DNA of 64,000 nt from Gnetum montanum (taxonomy: Eukaryota; Plantae; Gnetophyta), in the NCBI GenBank assembly GCA_015680685.1, contig MNCI01003070.1:245930-309929 (forward strand), given 5' to 3'. Positions 39,301 to 50,267 of the stretch are shown here, one piece after another. The translations under genes and the position numbers were made by a program. How positions within the stretch are numbered: the stretch's first letter is position 1; each line of letters opens with the position of its first letter. The notes under the pieces were generated by a model, which searched no databases, had not been told where the DNA came from, and saw only the letters and a program-made list of their open reading frames with translations.

Positions 39301-40050
39301 AGTCCCGTTACAACTTTGCTACTACCAGACTATTTGGCGATAACACTTGGCGTACTTCTAAAATCAGCTATGCATGCTATTGGATAGTTTTGGACAGCAA
39401 GGTGTAAGCGACATGGGATTTGGTTGAGCAAAAGGCACAGATAGATTTTCTGAATAGAAAGTGTCATGATTGGAAGCCCTTTGCAGCTAAGGTACAGAAG
39501 TGGGGCCAAGACCAAAAGGACCATAAGCATCAATACAAGAAATGGTTGAAGGAAGAGTCAGTTGAACATCGCCAGATGGAGATGTTCATTGATGGGTTAG
39601 GCTTGTGGTCTTCTTAAGACAGGTTCGTTGAGTGCACCAAAGTGGAGGGATCTCCCAAGAGAATGATCGCCACCACCTCCAAGGAGGCTTCTATAGGCAT
39701 GTTCTCTCTTGAGCATCCTACCTAGACCTTAGTGGACAAGGGTAAAACCTTAGCTAGCATTGATCTTGGCTTGGAGGAGGATTGGGCGAATGTGCCTGAG
39801 GCAGAGATTCTACGGCATTTGGAGGCCAACTTAGGACCCTCCTCACTCATGAGTGTTTTATTATGGCATTCATTTTTGTATGGTTTTTTTTTCATTGTTA
39901 GTGTTACTGTATTTCTAATTTTTTGTGTTCATGATTTGCCTTACCACACTTTCCTATTTTGTTTTGTTTTCTGTTTTCTGTTTTCTGTTAATGATGGAGC
40001 TGGCCCCAGTGGAGCAAGAGTAGATGATGAATAGGATCTTGGGGAGTAGC
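36353..40050 (+). pseudogene. Element B antisense multi-exon accessory gene, homolog of the C gene
   Basis: Exons 36353-36801, 36885-37156, 37256-38302, 38391-38693, 38775-38984 and ~39071-39850 with GT..AG introns; peptides align exon by exon with the C gene. Confidence 0.78.
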
Positions 40051-40414
40051 CCCCTCTATGAGCTTATCATTAATCAGATTTTAGCAACTAAATGTTTTTT
40101 GAGATTTTTTTGGATTTTTGATGGAAATGTAAGGTTGGGAAATGTAATAACATGGACCTAGTTATGACATAATGTGTTGGAATTTTACTATCATATTGAC
40201 TCATTTTTTTTGTTTTCTCTTTTTATTTGCCTTTTCAAGTATTATAGTGAACATATGTGTGTAACTAATTATAAAATGGAGGAACGAATTGTGAATCAAT
40301 ACTTATAAAGTAGGAAAGTAACATTGAAGTCATCAATTAAGGTTGTAACTTGTATCATTTAAATGAGAATTTGACATAATATAGTGAATGTTTGTAAAAT
40401 TGTAAAGTACTAAA

Positions 40415-40700
40415 TCCTAGTTTAAAGCCATTTCGGGCTATTCACACCAATTTAGAGTCATGGTGGACTGTTGCCTTTGTTGCTAAGGAAAGAAAGATTG
40501 CTAGTTTTATGCCATGGTGGGCCGAAAGCAATAATGGTTTCAGAAAGCTTTAAAAGGAACCGACCATTTCTGACCGTGGCTAGTTTAATGTCATTGTGGA
40601 CATTCGTTGGTAGTTTAACATCATACTGGACGATTGATAGTTTAACATCATTTCGGACATGTGGTAGTTTAACGTCATTTTGGACATGTGGTAATTTTGT
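40415..40700 (-). repeat. Short repeats after the B protease stop
   Basis: Four copies of ATGA(C/T)(G/A)TTAAACTA, spaced 27-30 bp apart, plus CCGAAATGGCTTTAAACTAG. Confidence 0.75.
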
Positions 40701-40701
40701 T

Positions 40702-43700
40702 CTAGTTGTTGAGTTGCCTCTTGATCTTTTGTAGCTTAACATGTGGATTTGGGCATGTAGGTATGATTTTATAATCACCCGCCCCTTCATCGATGATGTT
40801 AAAGGGTAGTTCCGACCAGGAAACATCAGTAGGAATGGCTCCTATGTTTGCATCTTCTTGTGTTTCTTCAATCCTAGTAGGGTCGTGAGTTAACGTTGGG
40901 TTCATGTCTTGATGTATGTTCACAATTTCTTGCTTAGGATCAATGAACTCAATTTCTGACTCTTGACTTACCTCAGGATGTGAGGACGTGATCGGTACAA
41001 TCATATCTCCATGTATGATGATTTCACCACCCTCATAAGGTAGGTGGATCTCCTGATGGATTGGTGAGGATAGCGCTTTAAGTTGGGCTAGCCAGGGATG
41101 TCCTAGAATTAGATTGAAACCTGGCATTTCGTCAACAACTACAAATTCAGCTGATGTGGGGAATTGGTCCCTGGCTATGAAATCTAAGGTAACCATACCT
41201 TTTACCCCAACACGTGAACCACTGAAGGATTTTAGAAAAGAAGTTGTTTTGGGTTGTATTTGTTTAGTAATTCCTAGCTTTTTGATGACAGGAAAAGGTA
41301 TTACATTTGTGGCCACACCGTCATCAACATGCACCCTACGTATCTTGAAATGATTAACTTGTATCATTATGAACATAAGGGCTATGATGACTTCTCCTAT
41401 TTTCTCATCTAGCTTAATGTCCTTAGCACGGAACTCTAGGGATGTGGCCTTTGATTCCTAAAGTTGCAGAGACAATACTACATAAATAGATGGTTCATCT
41501 ATAGGAAGGTCCTTACTAACAAGGATCGAGGTCAACATCCAAACAAGAGCTTCCCAATGTACTGATGAAGTGATTATTAGGTAATATAGACTTAAAGAAG
41601 TATTTTTTTTGTTTCAAGGCTTGTGTGACCTAGGTTAACGTGCTTGCTAGGTCTTTACCTTTTGGGACACCCTTGTCAATGGAAACTTGGTCCATTTGTC
41701 CTAGCATTTGTATTTCTCATGGAGGAATTTTTGCATTAGTGACTGAGGCTACTAGGTTTGGGACACAACCCATGACATTATCCTTGTTTTGATGGCTCGT
41801 ACTAGGCTCATTGACAAGCGGACCCATAGGGACAACGTTTAGCGGTGTAGCCTTTGCTGGTCCTAATTTGTGCTGACTGTTCTCTCTTTCTAGACATTCC
41901 CTCATTAACCTATTAGCAAGATGTTCTCATAGAGGTCGCAAGGGAGTAGAGGTGGGTTGTGTGTCAGGGTGTTTTGGCACCTGGATCACAAAAGGAATGG
42001 GTTAGTTTTTGGACAGTATGGTCATAGTGGCAATGGAAGCAGGTACACGGATAATGAATGGTTTTTATGGTGCATGAGATGAGCATAAGGTGAAGGGGGT
42101 TTGAGGAGATGTTTGGGTAGGTGTGTTTTCTAAAGGTCTACAAATCACAAAAGGCTTTCACGAGACATCTTGTCTACTTTCCACATAGATAGTATTAATC
42201 ACATATGGTGCTTCACTAGTATTGAGAGGATCCTGGTAGACCCCCATGGGCTAGTTCTGAGGTCTTACTGGGTTCGCCTTATCGAACACTACTTCACCCC
42301 TATCAATCATGTGTTTTATATCCTATTTCAAGGTGAAACAGCAATCAGTTCTATGACCAGGTCGTTGGTGATACTCGCAAAACCTATCTAACCTAAAACC
42401 TCTTGGAATGGGCGGTTCATTAGGTGTTGCTAAGGCTAGGTTTCTTGCTAGCTCACAGAACCTATCAATTTTTTGAGATGCTACAGGAGATATTTGTTTA
42501 TGTTTAATTACCCTGACCTTTAGAAGCTGATCGAGCAACTGTGAAGGTTTCATGGGAAAGTGTGTGTATTGGGTGGGGTCTTTTCTTTCGAATGTATGGG
42601 TGTGATCCATGTTGGTATTCCTATTTGAGGAAGTTATAGGTGTAGGCATAGGTATATTTATTTCGTAGTCATTTGAGACAGCAGGTTGTTTTCCTTTTTG
42701 TCCTGGATGGCTAGGTCAGGTTGACTCAGCCATTGCTGCTATCATCATCTTGGATTTATCTTTCTTAGTATGTTGGCTCCTAAAGGTCAAGTAGGCTAGG
42801 TCATTGCTTATCTGTGTAGCCTCTTCTATGTCTTTAATTTGCACAAATTCTTGGCTCAAGGTACAAGGTTTTAAATAGTAAAGTTTTGATTTACTAAATT
42901 CATTTGCGATTGCCTTAAGGATGCTAAGCAGATAAGTCTTAGGTATGGGCTCGTGAAGTTCATTCAGGGCCGTACTCCACCTTTGGATAAATTTCTATGC
43001 TGGCTCTAACGGTGCTTGTTTAATTTAAATTATGCTATCTAACATGGCTTTAGGTTTCAGATTGTATTTGAAACGGGCGACAAACTGATGCAACAAGTCT
43101 TCTAGAGAAGATATGGAGCTATAGGATAAAGCTCAGTACCAGTCTAGGGCTTTCCTAGTTAAGGACATAGCAAACACACGTAAAATTACATGAGGCCATG
43201 CCTGAAGCAATAGACATTCTATTCGAAATGTTACTAGGTGAGCATTCGGGTCTCCCTCTCCATTGTACTTAGTCAACTAAGGTAATGAAACTCCCTTTGG
43301 CAAGGTTAGCGATGGAACTGAGGGGTCAATTGGATCATCTTGGTAGAAGTCTAGTACCTTGACTTCCTCAGTGTTCACAGTTTTAAGACGTTTTAATTCT
43401 TCTGCTAATGTGTGCATCATTTTCTTCGTATCTGCCCACTCCTAAGTGCTGGGCAAACTGGCTGTTTGGGTTGATGGTAATTGATAATGACTCGATTATG
43501 GCATTGTTTGTGGGAAGAGAGGTTGTTGGACTACTGTTTGTTACGGTGGGATGACATTTGGGGCTAAGATCATGGGATGTGGTACACTGTAGTGAGTAGA
43601 CAGGTCCTACTGAACAGCTGGTGGGACCCACTACCCAGTCACAGGTTGTGAAGTGATCATTGGTGCTTGTTGGATTTTCACTTGAGGTATGTAATGGATG

Positions 43701-44415
43701 GACGTGGAAGCAGGTATGACTGATGGCATCCCAATCACTTGAGGTCGAAAAGCCATTCCTACATTAGTTTGAGGAGGAGGTTGTTGGGATTGTGTTTGTA
43801 GAGGTATGATGGAAGTGGATGCGTTGGATTGAACGTTGGACTTGGAGAAGATGGGAATGGGAATGGCTACTTCCTATAGAGAAGTTGGTGGTGGAAATAT
43901 AGTCTCTTCCAGGAAAGGTTGAAATAATGGGTTTGTATGGGCATGGGGACTAGTGGTATGGTATGAATGCCCATGGTCATATTGGGCTACAAAGTCATCC
44001 TCTTCATCTCCACCTTGAGGCTCTATTGGAGGTAACTATAGGGCTTGACTTCTAGCCATAAGAAGATGGGATATGAATTTATGATGGTGTTCAGAGAGCG
44101 GGATTATGTCAAATGCTGAAGGGATGAATTCATGAGCTCCTTTATGGATAAGCTCATAGTCTCATTTTGCTTCCCTTTCTACGCGATCAATGGGTAAGTT
44201 AGCTTGGATCTTAACACAGATGAGTTATATTGTTCAGCCATGAGATTTGCATAAGTAGGGTCTTTTCCCTGTAACTGGAGTGACTAGCATGTAGGGCCTT
44301 AGGGATTTATTTGTTCAATTACAGTTATGGATTCGGTAGTAGCCACGGGGTTCGAGGTTTTAGCCCCAAAGTTAGAGGTCAATAGTATCACTGGGTTAAC
44401 TTGGGAAGATTCCAT
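40702..44415 (-). pseudogene. gag: Element B gag-protease, decayed
   Basis: KYNGEGDPNAHL, SLTRKALDWY, RFCEYHQRPGHRTDCC, protease RVHVDDGVATNV and FNLILGHPWL; ends KIKRQLNN*. Confidence 0.88.
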
Positions 44416-44647
44416 GATGAACGTGACCAAACTAGGCTAGATGGATGGTATTGTAAGCAACTGCAGCATGACCCAACTATAGCGTGACTAGTGTGACCAA
44501 ACTATAGCATGACCCAACTGCTGTGTGACCAACGTGATCCAACTATAGTGTGACAGACTACAGTAGTGTGATGAATAAGGAGACTTACAAGGACATGATG
44601 AGTGAGTTATGACAGGTGGCATGATCGATGTTTTATCATACAAGAGG

Positions 44648-44664
44648 ACTTCCTTCTAGTGCCA
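44648..44664 (-). promoter_or_regulatory. Element B primer-binding site, tRNA-Asn type
   Basis: Minus strand TGGCACTAGAAGGAAGT, 6 nt after the 5' LTR. Confidence 0.75.
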
Positions 44665-44670
44665 ATTTAC

Positions 44671-46390
44671 TATACTGACCTAAATTGTTGGTGTAAGGCT
44701 GGAAGGAAAACAAACACCAAAAGATTGTCGGGCAAACATAGCTGACCCTACTTCGCCTCAAGGGCAAGTTGGAAAAGTAAATGAAGGAAGAGTGCCTTGG
44801 ATGGTCTGCATGCAAATCAACCAAGGACTTCCCTGAGTGTAAACTACAGCTTGTGCTAGGATTATCGTAACTAATGTTTTAAAATGTAAATAACACGTAT
44901 GAAACGTAAATAGAAGTGCATGCTAAAAATTGGTATTGTAAACAGAACGTAAACCGAATGTAACATAGAGTAAACAAAAAATAATGGCTGGCAAAATGAG
45001 CTATATTATATTGCATAGAAAAGATGTGCACTAGTCAAAGAGTAACTGTAGATGGAAAGTCAAGCGCCAAGCCTCGGGGCGATGTGATATGATGTGATGT
45101 GATGTGTTTCAGAAGTGCTTGGATGCTAGGAGTTAGAGTGTGCCGAGCACCAAAGGATCACCGGTCTAAGTTTTTCAAGCTATTTAACTCAAAAATTGCC
45201 AACCTCGTTTATGAGAATTGATAGGGTATTTATAGGATTGGGCTGGGCTCGGGCATGAAATTCATGAATGGAATCAATGGCTGGGAGATGAGAGGAAAGC
45301 AGATCAAGTGACACGTGTTAAATGGACAACTATGCATGAGTTGGACATGTGTTGGCAAGCTACGTTCTTGACCAGGTTCACCGTATCTTACAATGCGAGG
45401 ATCACTCAAGCCCATGGAAATACATACAATTTAGACTGTGAGGGCCTAACAAGCCCAAAAATGAAGATTTACAATGAAATAATTAATTTACAACAAAAGA
45501 AATTGGTTTTGGCTCGCTTGAGACTTCTGGATCTTTGATTTGACCACTTTGACTGCTGTAGGATACCGATTCAGGTGTTTCCATGGCTTTTGAGGTGTGT
45601 CTACTTGCATTCATGTTGGGTAGTCATGTTGTGCATTTAGTAGACACTCACGCTGGGCAGTCATGTTGGGAGTGTAGTAGATACTCACGCTGGTTAGTCA
45701 TGCTAGGAGTGCAGTAGACACTCATGTTAGGCAGCCACACTAGGAGTGAAGTAGACACTCATGCTGGGCAGTCACGCTAGGAGTCTCCTCAGTGTGACCT
45801 CAACCAGAGTGAAATAAAATAAGATACTTGACACCAAATTTTGATTTCTAAAGCTTGTTCCTTGAATGCAACTATTACCCTGAATGTGTCTAACTTTGAG
45901 AGTGATCTAAAATCTAAATTTGAGCCTGAATGTGTCTTGTTTAGAGCCACTTTTGGTAGGTCATGCTGGACTCACACTACAACATGACCTGCAACATGAC
46001 CTGTAGCATGACCTCAAAAACTTGCAATTTTTAGCTAATATCTAGAATTTTTGAAGGATAGGATCCATAGTTGTCAATAGTGGACCCTGAGGATGACTTG
46101 CACCCTTGAAATCAAGTCATTTTTACTCAGTTTTGAGGCTCCAAAAGTTGGTCACACTAGAGTTACGTAGCAACATGACCTGCAGTGTGACTCCTAAAAA
46201 CCACTTAGAAATGATCATTTTTAACCCAGTTTTGATGCTATGTAAAGTTGCTCATGTTGAGGGTGAGCAAGTCGCCTTGGGCAAGCTAGGTGTGAGTTCC
46301 ATGTCTTAGCCGAATTTTGCCTCCCAAAACATCGAAAAGGCTTGAGTCATTCTCATTTTAAAGTGCTAGGCCGAAATTAATGGTGTTTCA
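44671..46390 (-). repeat. Element B 5' LTR
   Basis: Co-linear with 8564-10310; left terminus TG mutated to TA; followed by TSD AGTTG. Confidence 0.95.
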
Positions 46391-46395
46391 AGTTG

Positions 46396-48900
46396 CACCC
46401 TATATCATTGTATGTGATTCACGGAACATGATTCTTCTTGATCTTTCTAAATTAATTTTCCTTGAAAATCTCTAGGGAAAGATCTGTGACGCTCATTCGC
46501 CCATCAACAGTGCTCAACCAAACCCTTCTCATAATGATTGAGAAGTCCCGCTTGAATTGTTAACTTTGATTACCAAGAAATTAGCAAGATACAACCACCC
46601 AAAAATAGTGATCATAATGTCCTTCACTAATCCCAAGGAAATAGTGATGGATTGATATGCTAATTCTAAATAGATGTTGCTCTTCTTGAGAGAAGGTAGG
46701 TTCTAAGCATTGTACATTTCATGGGAAATTAGTTTAACACTAGAACTTGAATCAAGAAGAGCCTTGCATGGCTCATTTCTAGAAATTTATAAGTAGATGA
46801 GAAGACTTCCAAGATTAGCTCTTTTCCTAGAAAGGTTGCCAGCCTTGATCCAATCAGATACATTGTTAGTTAACATGACTTTGTAGATCTTGAGAGGCAT
46901 TTGGTTTGAAGGGCTCTTGAAAGGAATGGATGCAGAGGATGAAAGAGAAATAGGATTACCAACCACATAAGTAGGAGAGGGCTTTATAGAGATATTAGTT
47001 TGAAATAATAATCTTTTATGAGATCTGGGTTCCAAAATACTTGGTTGAGGAGCTAGCTATAAGTTAACAACTCTGATAGTGTTATGTTGCTATGACTGCA
47101 TGGGAATTTCACCCTACATGGATGGTGTAGGTAGTAATTGGATTGACGATGGAGGAAAATGTGCTAAAGAATGAAGAGGGTAATAAGGGTATGTGAATTC
47201 TCCTTTAGGAGATGAAGAATGAGTTATGTAATGCTTTGGAGGGTAGTAGTGATGCTAAAAAGGAGTGTGATTGGAAGAGTCACGTGGAGACATGGGTTGC
47301 TGAACATAGTACCCATACAGATTTGGCTTCTTGTAAGGGTACTACTGCCTTGGTGGTGACATCCTCCATAATTGTGGATGCATCCATTGATGGTACTACT
47401 CATATGGTTGTGGTAAAGCTCCACTTAGATAATAAGCCTATTGTTGATGGTGGAACTACCTTTGGTTGCCTTGAGGATACACCTCATATTCCTGTAAGTG
47501 TGACACAATAGGGCAACATCCCTTAGGATGTTCATATTGGTAGATGTCACACCCACCATCATCATCTGATTCTGACTCCACAACCTCTTCTACTACAGTA
47601 GCTTTTCCCTTACACATTTGGTAGGAACTACCTTATTCTTTGGATTCTTTAGTAATTTTTATAGTTTAAAATTTTTCATCCAAATATTCCCACATCTTAT
47701 CAACCTTAGTCAAAATTTTAGACAAATTTTTGAATTGGAAAGGTTTTTTGCTACATCACTTCATCAAGTGGTGCCTTGCCCTCATGTCACAAAATCAAAC
47801 CTCTCTTTTTTTGATGAAAGGGTCCTAGTTATACTCATTATCACTTTCCCATTTTCTAAACTCATCTTCTTCTTTTGTAACATGCTTAATCAGCCTTTGA
47901 ATCTAATGGGCTCTTAGTTCTGACAATCTCCCTTAGGCATAGACCCCAAGAGTTCTCCTTGTTTCTAATCATAGCCCATCTATGATATGGAGAAGCTGAT
48001 CCTGTTGACAATAACCATAGCTAGGACATCTGTGGAAAATGGAATAATACCTACCCATGGCTACATCCAAGGATTCATGTGTTCCTTGTTGCTAGCCTTG
48101 GATTTGCTGCCTTAAATTGGACACTCTAGAGTACATCTGATATTTGTCATCAAACAAATTAAGCATCATACTCCATCTACCAATTTATTCCAGCTCTAGG
48201 AAGTGGTACCAACTTTTTGCTTCTTTTATGAGTATCCTGGGAAACAACTTAAGTTTTGACCGATTATTCTCTATGTTTTGTAAGGCACATGCATCATGAA
48301 AGGCCTGAAGATGGATCTTTGGATTTCAGTTCTATCTACCCTTAAATCTAGGGAAATTGTTCATATCCAACCTCTTGATTCAGCTATCTTTCACATGCCT
48401 AGTTGGAATTCTAACTACCTCTACAATGTTTAGCATGCTTCAAGTTGTCAGCAAAGGTCCATCATTGTCATGATTTTGATGATGCCTATGATGTCCCCTG
48501 CCACTCTTTCATTCATGGTGGGTTCTACAATCATTGTCCTATCATTCACCTTCAATGTAGTTTCATCCCCTATGACTTTGATTAGATTCAAAGGAGGAAG
48601 AAGAAGATGTAGCTGAAGAGGGTAAAGAGGAAGGAGGACTACCACCATCATAGTTTCTACCACCTCCATTGTATTTGTCATGGACATGATCATTAGGTTT
48701 ATTATCATCACAATGCTTGCCCAAGCCCCTACCTTGACTCCCACTTTTGCATGAACCTAAATTGTTGATAGTGAACTACAAATTCAAGTTCAAGCCCCCT
48801 TCACCAAAGTTAAGTGATGGAGAATCTTCATGTTGAGAACCCCTAATAAGAGGATCCTCATTGTCATTTTGATTCAGTAGGAACACAGGTTAATGAACTA
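46396..48900 (-). pseudogene. gag: Element A gag-protease, decayed
   Basis: LKLFPRILIKEAKSWY..LRQQIQG..RCPSYG (retrotransposon gag, Athila-like) at ~48250-48020; protease PCKALLDSSSSVKLI at ~46770. Confidence 0.8.
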
Positions 48901-49390
48901 TTTCTCCTTTGTAGTGTCATGACACTTCTTCTTGTGTTGATCTTGTTTGGGTTGTGTTTTTGTGGGATGGTAGTCCCAATAGTCATGGTCTTGCATAACA
49001 TATTCATCATGGATATCCTAAATGCCCAACCTCTTAAGTGTTTAGAATAGCATCCTGGGAACAAATTAGTGAAGAGGCAATGCAATGTTACCCTCCATAT
49101 CTCTCCACTGCATCTACTCATCTTGATGCAAGATGAAGGTGAAATCAGGTACAAACTCATCTGGATAAATGTATACCACTTTGAATTTTTAGGGCACTAG
49201 TGGTTTTGATTCATCATGCCTATGAGAAGAAGGCATTTGGGATTAGAGAAAAAATTTAGTATTCTTAAATTATAATTATAATTATAATTTTTTTTGAATG
49301 ATTGTGACCTCAAGGTTCATTCCAATGATCTTAAATAATATTCACAAAGTCCTAGATAGTGCACATGTTAAACTACAAGTTCCTAACCAA

Positions 49391-50261
49391 TGATGAGCAA
49401 CGAGTAGACCCTACATCCAACCATACAAATCACTAAGCATTCATGCATGATTCATTTGAATTTTGTAGACTTATAGCCTTCTAAGTACTTTGGCCTGTAC
49501 GAAGTGAAACTAACCATTGTAATTGTTGTCTTCTCAATTAAACTTATGAAATGCAAAGGTATGGTTAATTGCAACTAAGGTATATGATTTTTATCATTTT
49601 TTATGTTTTATGTTTTAAGTCACCTAAGGATAAAAATAATGAATAAAATAAAATAATGAAATTACTAAACACCTAACTAATCCTAACATAAGCATCCATT
49701 CCCACTTGTCGTACACATCCTAAACACATTTAATGCTTCTGAGTTACCAAACGTTAAGTGTTACTAGGATTACCAAGAGCCAAGCGTATGCTAGAAGTGT
49801 TCGTACTTATGTGCTTAATTACTTGCTAATTAATTTATCTTGATTAATTACTTAATTATTTAAAGCATTAAATAAAATTGCATAAAATAGTAAATGCATA
49901 AGTAAAAAATTAATCTATTTTGAAGTGCTGTAAGGTTTATTAGAAAGCTCGTCTTTATTTCCGCACACACTATCATGCTCAAGTACAATAGTGGTCGAAT
50001 AAATATCCGTACACTCTTTATCTCCTACTATGGGCACTTATAAAAATATTCTAACTTTCAAGCAAGAAAACTATAAGAGTTCCACTATAACTATGACAAA
50101 AATTCCATAAACACAATGGATGAGTGCATAGTTATAGGAGAAAATAGACAATGCGTTAACGAGGCCACATCAATGCATCAAATCCCATGTTGACATGGTT
50201 GTGTCAACAAGGCCGCATCGACAAGGCCACATCAATGAGGCCTCATCTATGTGACCCATGA
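49391..50261 (-). repeat. Element A 5' LTR (Athila family, TGATGAG terminus)
   Basis: Co-linear with 53231-54087 and 63261-64000; inverted relative to 50270-50937. Confidence 0.8.
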
Positions 50262-50267
50262 TGCAAC

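Larger units (their letters stand above)
8564..46390 (-). mobile_element. Element B: full-length Tat-lineage Ty3/Gypsy retrotransposon (about 19.3 kb without C)
   Basis: Two ~1.7-kb LTRs; perfect 5-bp TSD AGTTG (8559-8563 and 46391-46395); tRNA-Asn-type PBS; PPT; gag with CxYHxxxGHxTxxC, PR, RT, RH, archaeal-type RNase H, INT. Confidence 0.95.
1..50261 (-). mobile_element. Element A: decayed Athila-like Ty3/Gypsy LTR retrotransposon; 3' end lies left of the window; interrupted by the 4832-7731 unit and by element B
   Basis: Minus-strand order 5'LTR (49391-50261), gag, protease (ALLDSSSSV), RT (WVSPLVVVPKK, DFRLLN, GTFAYRKMPF), RNase H, integrase, then an extra sense ORF. RT rejoins in frame across the 4832-7731 insertion, and the PR-RT linker is continuous across the TSD of B. 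Confidence 0.85.
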
